Shown here one piece after another: positions 25,189 to 36,376 of a DNA stretch of 64,000 nucleotides; the first letter of the stretch is position 1; every line of letters starts with the position of its first letter. The stretch lies in NCBI RefSeq assembly GCF_006345805.1, contig NC_042997.1, positions 201,872,001-201,936,000 on the forward strand. Direction: 5' to 3'. The translations under genes were made by a program, and so were the position numbers. Origin of the DNA: Octopus sinensis. Taxonomy: Eukaryota. The notes under the pieces were generated by a model that was given only the letters and a program-made list of their open reading frames with translations, ran no database searches and was not told the origin of the DNA.

Positions 25189-27886
25189 CGCTATGCTCAA
25201 TAAAACATTGTTAGAAGTATGTAGAATGTTTAAATGTGTGGTGATAATTTAGATAATTTCATCATGTCCAAAGGTAGTTATTGCTAGTCAACCACTCTTA
25301 CCATCCTGAGAAAGGCTCATTGATATGTATGGTTGACCCCAACACACACACACATACATACGCACGCACACACACACACACATGCATACGCATACACACA
25401 CACACACATCTTTTCATAAGTCATTAAGAGCTATTGTATAATTTATTGTTAATTCTTCAAACTTTCTCAATCTTGCATGGTTAAGAAGTTCACTTAACAA
25501 ACAACTCCAGTGTTTTGGGTTCAATACCACCGTGCAGCTCTCAAAGCCAGGAAGTGAAATTTGGTAAGCAGCAAATGTGTGGAAGGCCATCAGGGGAAAC
25601 CACCTGTGTTCTTGGGTATTGGAATTAATCTGTTACTGGATTAACACTGCCACCAACACCTGGTCCTTCATGTACTCTAATCTCTTTCAAGCATTCATGT
25701 GAGGTCTCTAGTCTGGGGATAACATGATACCACCAGCCTCGGAACCTTTGCAAAGAATCATGGGTACTGTTCCTCTTCCTCTGAATTAGCCATTAAAAAC
25801 GAAGAAATCCAAGCGCAACAAACCATGTGATTATGAGAGCAGATATGTAATTTAGTAGACATCATATTACATGGTTGAGTAACCTCACAGATGGCATTTA
25901 ATGAAATGATGTAGACTCACTTGTAACCTTTCAATCAATTACTAACTGAGGTAAAAAAAATAAATAGTAATAATAAAGTACATCCTACTTTTGGTTTTGG
26001 TTATTAAATAGATGATGTCTTCCTTAACAGCTTTCTACAACAAATATCTGAGATATTTATTAATACATTATCTCACCATAATTACTGCTTTAAAATAACT
26101 CTATCCATTAAATCTTCATTAATACCTCCACCCCCACCCCATCCTTTTATTGCTCCCCTATTCAATAGTACATATGTTATTCTCACCTATGACCTATATC
26201 AATGTTATGACCTGTAGTAGTAGTAGTAGTAGTAGTAGCAGCAGCAGCAATAGTAGTAGTAGTGGAGAATTAATCATTTTCATATCCTTTCTATTTATTC
26301 TCATTACTTGATAGGCTACGGTCCTCACTGTTTATTTGGCTACAATGCGAAACTCAATTAGAATGTGTTTACTCTTGAAACTTTTTTTCCATTTTGAATA
26401 AAATATTAAAAGAACGGTATTACATCCTAACACAAAAAAAACATTAAAATATAAATATAAACATTAATTATTTACCGACTTTTATTTTTGTGTTTTGTTT
26501 TGCTTCAGCCATTGGAGTGAGGCCATCATTTTGCCACACTTCTAAGTTACAGGGGATGTAAACAAACCAACACAGGCAGCCAAGTGGTTGAAGAACAAAC
26601 ACAAAAACATGGATACACATGTCATCCTCACCATTTAATGTCCACTTTCCAGTGGACATGTGTGTATGTATGTACATAAACATACACACACACAATAGGC
26701 CTCTACCACATCCACTCAAAAGTCTGAGATTGGCCTATGGCTATAATAGAAAATATTTACCCAAGGTACTGTCTAGTGAGACTGAACCCAAAACCCTCAT
26801 GTGGTTGTAAAGCAAAATTCTTTACCACACAACCATTCCTGTGACTTTGGAAAAGCCAGAGCCATCTGACTGGCACCTGCGCTGGTGGCACATAACAAGC
26901 GTCATTCAAGCATTGGGTCGCACGGAGGTAGTGACAGGTGACCGAGACCTTTAGTGATACACCATGCTTATGAAGACCTGTCAAGCCGAGTGAGGTCATA
27001 GTCATGGCCGATGCCAGTGTCATGTCAATGGCACCTGTGCCACTATACTCTTGGGGTAGTTGGCATTAGGAAGGGCACCCTGCCAAAACAGACTGGAACA
27101 TGGTGCAGCTCCCCAGCTTTTCAGTTTTCAAGCAAACCATCCAACACATGCCAGCATGGAAAGCGGATGTTAAATGATGACTCAAATTTCATCTGTTTCC
27201 CTCTTGTTTTTGATTATTTTCATTTTTTTACCTTTTGAGGGGTGTATTTTTAAGATCCCTTTTTCTTTCATACTTATTCCTTTAGAGATACAACATGCCT
27301 TCAAAGAAATGTCAATACATTTGTATAAATTAAATGCATGCAAAATAAGTCAATTACAATTTTAGAAAATTCAAAAATTTTCCTGAAAAATATGCAGTAT
27401 TCAGTTTTCTCAAGTTATTACTTAGGTTTTAAGAGTAATCATTAAAAGTAATTATTAAAATTTATATCTCTGTTGAAAATACACTGCCTTGGTTTCATTA
27501 AATTTTGAAATAATGATGAACTCAGTAAAATATATCATTTTTCAGCTGGTGTGTTGAACATAAATTGGTTTCAAATTTTGGTGCAAGGTCAGCAATTTTA
27601 GGGTTGGGGCTAAGTCAGTTACATCAACCCCAATGCTCAATTGGTACTTATTTTGCTGACCCCAAAAGGCAAAGTTGACCTCAGTGGAATTTGAACTCAC
27701 AACAAACAAAATGCTGCAAAGCATTTTGCCTGGATTGCTAACGATTCTGTCAGCTTGCCACCTTGTTGGTGTTTCAAATATAAATTAACATGATATTTTT
27801 ATGCAAGTCCTTAATTTAAAGCACTTCAAAATAGAACATTTGTATACAAGGCCAGTTCCAGGCTGGTCAGTATCAAGAAATGTTAA

Positions 27887-28105
27887 CACTTTTGACACCA
27901 TATTTTTATTCAAATAACCTGCCTTTGTCTCAATTTTGAAAATAACAACAGATTTAGTAAAACAACTTTGTCCTTAATTAAGCTGGCATTTCGATCATAA
28001 ATTAACAAGAAATTTTGATGGAAAATTTTAATTTGGAGCGCTTCAAAGCAAGAAAATTCTATCATAAAACAAGGGGTGGTCTCAAACAGATTAGTATCAA
28101 AAGGG
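27887..28105. mobile_element. piggyBac-type MITE with TTAA TSD
   Basis: TTAA|CACTTTTGACACCA...TAGTATCAAAAGGG|TTAA. Confidence 0.75.
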
Positions 28106-28597
28106 TTAAGGGTTTTTGCAATTCCTTTAATGTGAAGTGTTGAATCTAGAATACTCAAATTCCATACATTGATTTTTCGGTGACATTTAATCTCTTAATT
28201 AAAAAAAAAAAGCTATTAAGTAAAAAGAAAAAGAAGAAAAAAGACAAGGCCATTGTTTGATTATTCAAAAATAAAACAACATTGATTGGCATTTAATCAT
28301 GGATAAGGTGATTTGAACTGAGAAAGGATTTTGTGGTAAGAAGTTTGCTTCCCAACCACATGGTTCTGGGTTCAGTTTTGCTGCATGGCACCTTGGGCAG
28401 ACTAAAACCTTTTGAGTGGATTTGGTAGATGGAACCTGAAAGGAGCCCATCGTGTGTGTATGTGCATGTATTTGTCCCTCGCTACAATTTGAGAAATGAT
28501 CTTAGTGTGTTTACGTCCCCATAACTTAACAGTTTGGCGAAAGGAGTCAACAGAATAAGTGCCAGTAACAATAATTACTGGTGTAGTGATGCTATTT

Positions 28598-28920
28598 TGG
28601 AAGTTTTCACCACGCATGCGCAGAGTTGGATTACTTCCGGCAGGCTACCGGAAGTTCCCTCATGCGCATGCGCAGAGAACTACCAACAGAAAGTTTTCCC
28701 GCTAGATCTGTCTTTTGGAAGCTGCAGCCGAATCGAGTGGACACAACTCAAGGTTCTCTCAAGAAAACCCAACACGTAGAGAAGCCCCCTTCTACACGGG
28801 AACGGAAACAGTATTTTGGCTCACACAAGTTAACTATTGTGAATAGTTTCATAGCTTTCGCTACCGGTTCACCCTGAAGAAAAATATATGTATATATATT
28901 TTCTATTTGCGAATCCACAC
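28598..28920. promoter_or_regulatory. CpG-rich housekeeping-type promoter: NRF1-ETS-ETS-NRF1 cluster
   Basis: ACGCATGCGCA (28612-28622), ACTTCCGG (28633-28640), CCGGAAGT (28648-28655), perfect TGCGCATGCGCA (28663-28674); about 15 CpG in ~300 bp of non-repeat DNA in a CpG-poor window. Confidence 0.7.
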
Positions 28921-29366
28921 AAAAATAAAATATTATTTATTGCTGTTGAAGATAGTCGAAATTTTGGTTTTCCTTTCGACATAATTGAATGTAACAGGAT
29001 ATGACCGGCACCCCTCAAGTGTTCCAGAGACCTTCATCCTTGTTACACTGTTATCAAATTATTCGACTAAAAATTCTTCGAGGTGCCCCAGCATGGCCAC
29101 AGTCAAATGACTGAAGCAAGTAAAAGATAAAAGGCGAAATATATTAGATGGCATTTGGTGAAAAACACATTATTAATCACAGGTTTTCCATGGGTTGTTT
29201 GTTGGTTTACTGGCATTTCTGTGAATATCACAGTAGACTTTGTTCCAAAAGCTGACTTTTTTTCTTTCTTTTCTCTTTTTTGTTAAACCTTGCAATGACC
29301 ACGTTCATTTCTGATGCACATATGTGCAAAACACACACACACACATCCATTCATTTTATTAGAAGA

Positions 29367-29768
29367 CTAGCACTATGACCAGGTGTTCCTGGGTCATATT
29401 GCTAGTGCATGCATATACAGCTGCGTGCATGCGCACATACACGTGAGTACTGTCCAAATCTCCAACCAATCATATACAATTGCATATCAAGTTTCGGGCA
29501 TTTTCCAACCAATCATATACAATTGCATATCAAGTTTCGGGCATTTTGATTGGGTTTTGGATAGAAAATTCACAAAAAAATCACTTGTACTGATTTTTTT
29601 AATGGCTTTGCTGGGTGACTGGGGAAATGTAAAGATGTGCACGACCACCCTTGGACAGTTTTGAATGACCATAGAAAGTGCGAGCCCTCTAACTGAAAAA
29701 TTGTGGATTTGTATAAAGGATACACACACACAGACAGACAGACATTTTGCCGTTTATATAGAGAGAGA
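29367..29768 (-). mobile_element. Complete non-autonomous Helitron, family H1
   Basis: Minus strand A|TCTCTCTCTATATAAAC...AGCAATATGACC-N11-GGTCATAGTG-CTAG|T: 5' TC, subterminal hairpin, 3' CTAG, A/T insertion site, no TSD; internal 43-bp tandem duplication starting at 29461 and 29504. Confidence 0.85.
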
Positions 29769-30612
29769 TGAAGCTTCTGGAGTCATAGCACAGAGTTTTA
29801 AATGATTGAGGTAGGGAAGTAATGTGACAATATGTAAACAAATATCTATGAACACATTGACATATTATTGACTATTGAAATTTGATTGGATACCGAATAA
29901 AAAGAACAAATAGCATGTGCCACACAGAAATTGTCACTCGCAGTAGAAATACGTTCTGTGCTCAATTGGATTAAACCCGACCCTACACGGTTGACAAGCA
30001 GTCTCTTCAACCACAAAGACATGCCTGTTCCTAGGTCCACAGGATATCACTGAAAAAGTGAGTAATACAGCAAACAACTTGGTACAGTATTTCCCTTTAT
30101 TATTAACGTTGGATGAAATAATATATTGCAGTTATGTCTCTGCTATAATTTATCTATTGGTTACTACTGTCAGGCAGCCACTTTATATTGATTGGTTACT
30201 ACTACCGTCAGGCAGCCACAGTGATGGAGTGAAATGACATGTACTTTACAGCTTCCCATTTATCTTTCTCCCTGTGTTTTTACGGCTTCTTGCTTAATTA
30301 GGAAATATTTTGGTTACCAAGTTATTGAAAGAATAACACAGCTAATATAAATGTTTGCCATAGTCATGTTTGGAATCTACTGTTCAGGGTCTCTTTGGTT
30401 GCTAGGCTGGGTGTGTGGTGAGGAATTTCACTTTGTAACCATGTGGGTCTGAGTTCAGTCCTGTAGTGCAGAACTTTGTGTAGGTGTCTTTACCGGATTG
30501 GCTAAACTTTGTAAGAGGAATTTAATGGATAGGATCTATATGGAAGACTGCAGCCATGCTGGGGCAACTCCTTGGAGAAGTTTTAGTCGAATAAATTGAT
30601 ACCAGTATTTAA

Positions 30613-30851
30613 TGTTTGTAAGCCATTTAAGAAACACACAAAAGCCGTTAGATTCACTTCAACGTTTAAGTTTAATTTGTCAAAATATTTTCGTCGGTAT
30701 AAGACTGCGACCTGTTCACTGACAAAAATCCGTGATGCAGCACGGATTTTTGTCAGTGAACAGGTCATGACGAAAATATTTTGACAAATTAAACTTAAAC
30801 GTTGAAGTGAATCGAACGGCTTTTGTGTGTTTCTTAAATGGCTTACAAACA
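30613..30851. repeat. Spacer-less 239-bp palindrome
   Basis: Arms TGTTTGTAAGCC...AAAAATCCGTG and CACGGATTTTT...GGCTTACAAACA pair almost perfectly around CGTGATGCAGCACG; an 11-nt indel in one arm. Confidence 0.9.
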
Positions 30852-31106
30852 CCTTCCGCGCTGCAATTGTTTTCGTTCCAGCACACGATCTCAGATCAAA
30901 TCACTTGCTATGCAAGTACATCTCAGTAATTAATGTTACTGGCACTTATTCTGTTGACCCCTTTAGCCAAACTGTTTGTTTGTGTTTGCTTGTTTTTGTG
31001 TGTGTGTGTGTGTAAAGATCAAAGAGGGATATGAAATACGGGATACCAATCTATGATGTTAAAATATAATACTGAAATAAATTTGATATTACAATACTTT
31101 CAATAA

Positions 31107-31500
31107 GGTGCAGGCATGGCTGTGTGGTAAAGTGCTTGCTTCCCAATCACATAGTTCCAAGTTCGGTCCCACTGCATGGCACCTTGAACAGGTGTCTTCT
31201 GCTATAGCTCAAGGTCAATCGAAGGCTTGTGAGTGAATTTGGCAGATGGAAACTTAAAGAAGCCCATCATATATATATTTATCTATGTGTGTGTCTTTGT
31301 GTCTGTATTTTCCCCACCACTACCACTGCTTGACAACCGTGTTGGTGTGTTTACATCCCTGTAACTTAGCAGTTCTAGAAAAGAGATCAACAGAGTGCCA
31401 GGATAAAAAAAAAAAACCTGTAGTCAATTCTTTTAACTAAAAGTTTTTCTAGACAAAGCCCCAGCATGGCCGCAGTCTAATGACTGTAAAAGATAAAAGA
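31107..31500 (+). mobile_element. SINE family A
   Basis: Head, body and AAAGATAAAAGA tail. Confidence 0.8.
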
Positions 31501-31937
31501 TGATTAATTATTTTTTAAAATCATGTTTATCCCAATTTGTAAATAGATATGCAGTGGACCAATCACTGGTTCATGCATTTCTGACATTGAGAGAAACAAC
31601 TTGGTGCAGAACAAATATAAACAGGGATACTTTTTTTTTTCAACAATCCCCCTTTAATATTTTTGACCTACTGAATATCATTTGTTCACAAACTGTGAGC
31701 TACAATTGATTTAAGATTAAAATAAAAAAATATTAAATTTGTCTTTGATGTACGTAGTTGGCACAGTCACTTGTGAACTACATAAGAAGTATTCTGATTT
31801 CAAAGTTATTTCAATAATAATATACATTAGCACAATGCAAGAGTGTCCCATATTTCTAAGTTCAAATTTCACTAGAGTCAATATTGTCATTCAGCTTTTG
31901 AAAGAATCAGAGTAAAAATCAGCTGTCCCACTATATT

Positions 31938-32505
31938 TGAGCTGAGTTCACTAGTTACACTTACAAAAATATACAAGTTTTACTATAGATGAGCTGAGTT
32001 CACTGGCCATACAATAGTGGTTTCAAGTTTTGGCACAAGATCAGCAATTTTGGGGGAGGGGTAAGTCAATTACATTGACTCCAGTACTCAACTGGTACTT
32101 ATTTTATTGAACCCAAAAGGGTAAGAGGCAAAGTCAACCTTGATGGAATTTGAACTCTGAACATAAAGATGGACAAAATACCGCTAAGTATCTTGCCCAG
32201 CATGCTAACAATTCTGCCAGCTTGTCACCTTACTGGTTTCAGTAAAAGTTGAGCTGAGTTGATTGGTCATAGTAATAAAGTATTATTAGAGCTGAGCTGA
32301 GATCACTAATCATGAACTTATAAAAAAGATCAAAGCAGTTTTTACTACAGTTGAGCAGAGATAAGTAGCTATACTTATAAAAAAAATATTTTACCAGAGT
32401 TATAGTTATACTAAAAAAAAAAGCAATCTTTACTGTAGTTGAGCTGAGATCACTAGCTATACTTATTTAAAAGGGAAAATAGTTTTACTAACTTCACTGG
32501 CCATA
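31938..32505. repeat. Degenerate ~50-60-bp tandem array interrupted by a minus-strand SINE B (32020-32232)
   Basis: Recurring GAGCTGAG(T/A)TCACTAG.TA.ACTTA.AAAAA...TTTTACT units. Confidence 0.6.
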
Positions 32506-32509
32506 CATA

Positions 32510-35500
32510 CATCATCATCATCATCATCATCATCGTTTAACGTCCGCTTTCCATGCTAGCATGGGTTGGACGGTTCAACTGGGGTCTGGGGAGCCCAAAG
32601 GCTGCACCAGGCCAGTCAGATCTGGCAGTGTTTCTACAGCTGGATGCCCTTCCTAACGCCAACCACTCCGAGAGTGTAGTGGGTGATTTTATGTGCCACC
32701 GACACAGGTGCCAGACGAGGCTGGCAGACGGCCACGCTCGGATGGTGTTTTTTATGTGCCACCGACACAGGTGCCAGACGGGGCTGGCGGACGGCCACGC
32801 TCGGATGGTGTTTGTTACGTGCCCTCAGCACGGAGGCCAGTCGTTGCGGTACTGGCTACAATCACGTTCAGATGGTTTTCTTATGTCCCACTGGCACTGG
32901 TACCACAAGGATACAAATTCCATTGATGTTCATCTATTTTGATTTGGTTCGATTTGATTTGATTTGATTCGATTCGATTCTCACTTGCCTCAACAGGTCT
33001 TCACAAGTGTCACAAGAAGGAAGGTATGCACAGGTGGACTGACTACGTCCCAGGTAGGGGCCACGGATTATGGCTTCACTAGTCTTGCCGGGTCTTCTCA
33101 CGCACAGCATACTTCCATAGGTCTCGGTCTCTAGTCATTTCCATGGTGAGACCTAACGTCCGAAGGTCGTGCTTCACCACTTCGTCCCAGGTTTTCCTGG
33201 GTCTACCTCTTCCACGGGTTCCCTCAACTGCTAGGGATTGGCACTTTCTCACACACATCTTCATCCATTCTCGCCACATGACCATACCAGCGCAATCGTC
33301 TCTCTTGCACACAACAACTGATGCTTCTTAGGTACAACATTCTCTCAAGGTACTAACGCTCTGTCGAGTAAGTACACTGACATTACACATCCATCGGAGC
33401 ATACTGGCTTCGTTCCTCACGAGCTTACGCATGTCCTCAGCAGTCACGGCCCATGTTTCACTGCCATGTAGCATAGCTGTTCGTACACATGCATCATACA
33501 GTCTGCCTTTTACTCTGAGCGAGAGGCCTTTAGTCACCAGCAGAGGTAAGAGCTCCCTAAACTTTGCCCAGGCTATTCTTATTCTAGCAGTTACACTTTC
33601 AGCGCACACCGCCCCCACTACTGACTTGGTCACCTAGATAGCGGAAGCTATCAACTACTTCTAGTTTTTCCCCCCGGAAAGTGACGGAAGTTGTTTTCTG
33701 CAGATTTTCGGAGGTCAATGCTCCAGAGCATCTGCCACATACAAAAACTATCTTCCCAGTTAGCCTACCTTTGACATTGCTGCACCTCTTATGTGTCCAT
33801 AGCTTACACTGGGTACATCTTATAGAGTTTCTCTACCTACACCTTTTCTACAGATCGAGCAGGGCCATCTTCCTGAGGATATTTGTGGATTTTCTAACTT
33901 TCTACTTATTAGTACTTTGGTTTTAGCTACGTTGACTCTAAGGCCCCTCGATTCTAAACCCTCCTTCCACACCTGGAACTTCTCCTCCAGTTCTGATAGT
34001 GACTCAGCGATTAGAGCGAGGTCGTCAGCATAGAGGAGCTCCCAGGGGCAACCTGTCTTGAATTCCTCCACAATTGCCTGGAGGACTATGATAAATAGGA
34101 GGGGGCTGAGTACTGAACCCTGGTGGACCCCAACCTCTACCTTGAATTCTTCTGTGTACATGCTGCCAACTCTAACCTTACTTACGGCATCTCTGTACAT
34201 GGCTTGCACAGCCCTCACCAGCCATTCATCTATCCCTAGTTTCCTCATTGACCACCAGATGAGGGATCGGGGGACCCTATCAAAGGCTTTCTCCATGTCA
34301 ACGAAAGCCAGGTACAGGGGCTTATCTTTGGCTAGGTATTTCTCCTGCAGCTGCCTTACCAGGAATATAGCATCAGTGGTGCTTTTCCCTGGGACAAACC
34401 CAAACTGCATCTCATCTAAACTAACTCTCTCTCTAATTAGTTGGGCTATGACCCTCTCTGTAACCTTCATACCTGATCCAACAGCTTGATACCTCTGTAA
34501 TTATTTGTATCCAGGCATCACCTTTACCTTTGTAGCAGTTGACTAGTATGCTGCTACACCAGTCATTGGGTATGACTCCTTCGTGTATCACCTGGTTGAC
34601 TATACGGGTGACTAGGTTATAGCCGACACTGCCAGATATTTTGAGCATCTCTGCAGTAATTCCTGATGGGCCTGGGGCTTTCCCTGTCTTCATGCTTCTA
34701 ATTGCCTTAGCTACCACGGAACTATCAACTCGGATAGCTGGTCCCTCTGTTGGTCAACATTCGGCAGACTCTCTTTATCCCATTCATTTTCTTTATTCAG
34801 CAACCTTTCATAGTGGCATCTCCAAACCTCTCTCTTTGCATCCTCATTTAGCGCAAGTGAACCATCATCCATGCGAACACACTTCTCTCCTACCACATCA
34901 CGATTCTCTCTCACACACTGTCTTGCAACACGAAATACCTCAAGTCTTTCATCCTCACGGCTCAGAACATTGGCAAATTTTTTCTTATCCGCTTCCCCTC
35001 TGGCTAAATAAACCTGTCTCCTAGCTTCCCTTTTGGCTGTCTGATACAATTCCCTGCTACCACCGTTCTTCCAGTCCTTCCAAGCCTGTCTCTTTTGTCT
35101 AATAGCCCTGTCAACCACAGTGTTCCACCACCATGTTACTCTAGGTCGAGATGGTACTTTGCTCCATCCACAGATCTGGTCAGTGGCTGTCAGCAGGTTG
35201 TCCCGTAGGAATCTCCAGTTGTCTTCCACATTAAGTGAAGCTATATCCCCTTCTATTTCGTCAGAGGCTTCGAGTAGTATGTCTCTAAATCTCTGTCCAT
35301 TTGCAGGATCTTTAAGCTTCCAGACCCTTCTCCTCCAAGCTGGTCTTCTTCTGGGCAACCATTTAGCTCTGATCCTGAAGTCGCTAACTACTAATCTATG
35401 TTGGGGAGTACATTCTTCGCCTGGGAAGGTTTTGGCATTTATAATCAGCCCTCTTTCCCTTTTTCTGGCAAGGATGTAGTCAATCTGGCTGGTGTGTCTG

Positions 35501-35880
35501 CCAGAACGGTAGGTGACTAGGTGAGAGGTGGGTTTCCTGAAGTGGGTATTGCAGACCATAAGGTCATTTGCATCGCAGAACTCCAGCAGCCTGGTTCCTT
35601 CCTCATTTCGAGAGCCAAAACCGTAGCCTCCATGGACGCCATGGAAGCCCCCGACATGTCGTCCAACATGTCCATTGAAATCACCTGCCACGAAGAGAAG
35701 CTCACTGTCATTTGTCAATGAGGTAGTCCGCAATAGGGTGTCATAGAATTGGTCTTTTTGTCCTTCCGGTAGCCCTGGTTGAGGGGCATATGCCGAGATG
35801 ATGGTAGCTGTCCTATGGTGAAGAACTAATCTAATTTTAATTACTCTGTCACTTACTCTGACTACCTCGATTACCTTACC
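32510..35880 (-). mobile_element. RTE-clade LINE, 5'-truncated within the endonuclease
   Basis: APE motifs (SAYAPQ, VAGDFNGHVG, QIDYIL), RT motifs (QFGFVPGKST, FVDMEKAFD, GVHQGSVLSPLLF, LLYADD), RWYGH-type C-terminus, 3' UTR and (ATG)n tail. Confidence 0.97.
33079..35880 (-). pseudogene. Disrupted RTE ORF (APE - RT - C4HC3 finger - C-terminal domain)
   Basis: ORF-track pieces 34711-35733, 34433-34717, 33820-34470, 33328-33633 and 33079-33312 join through frameshifts at about 34752, 34490, 33832, 33615 and 33335. Confidence 0.93.
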
Positions 35881-35985
35881 TATGTCACCACAGTAAAAAA
35901 ATATTCAAGCCAAGGAAACCTCTATGTAGTTGCTCAACTGACTAGAAATTGTCTACTCTTGCTCAAATCACATTCCATGATCTTA

Positions 35986-36376
35986 TCTCTATATATATAA
36001 AGCTGAAGTTGTCTGTGTGTGGCAAGTTTAGTAGGCTTCAACTAACATTATCTCCTCTGAGACCCTGCGACGCAAGTTGACCAAAATTAAGAGTATGATA
36101 GAAGAAGGCTTGCTCTTTCTTCCGTAGAAGAAAATATTCAAATCAGACCATGTTAACACCAAAGATTATTTACATCAAAAAGGTGCTTTTCTTCTATGAA
36201 AATCCCTATTTTTTACGATTTTCTTACTGCTGTGTCGTCATTTACGGTGTATTTCAACCAGAAAAAAGTTCACTTAAAGAGAATAACAAGATACATAATG
36301 CAAAAGTTTTACTTTTCAAAAATTCCAATTTTAAAGGGTTGAAACAAACCCGAGCAACGCCGAGCAATACTGCTAG
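35986..36376 (+). mobile_element. Non-autonomous Helitron, family H2
   Basis: A|TCTCTATATATATAAAGCTG...ACCCGAGCAACGCCGAGCAATACTGCTAG|T: canonical 5' TC, GCAACGCC hairpin region, 3' CTAG, A/T site; splits an (AAC)-tail repeat. Confidence 0.85.

Noticed and set aside
28626-28877. 83-aa ORF over the promoter-like region
   Set aside because: TTG start, no homology recognised; better explained as promoter/5' UTR sequence.
29900-30062. 50-codon open frame followed by a GTGAGT donor
   Set aside because: Much of it aligns by eye to a decayed SINE A head in reverse, and the frame ends in a stop before the donor.
32693-32885. Regularly spaced repeats superficially like a CRISPR array
   Set aside because: Whole units repeat with no unique spacers, they lie inside a LINE 3' UTR, the context is eukaryotic and there are no cas genes.
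32553-32967. Recurrent ORFs such as [13 protein letters not shown].../MDGSTGV... (also at 5959, 7934, 19889, 37680, 62539)
   Set aside because: Antisense or alternative readings of the RTE 3' UTR VNTR, repeated at every copy; not a gene family.
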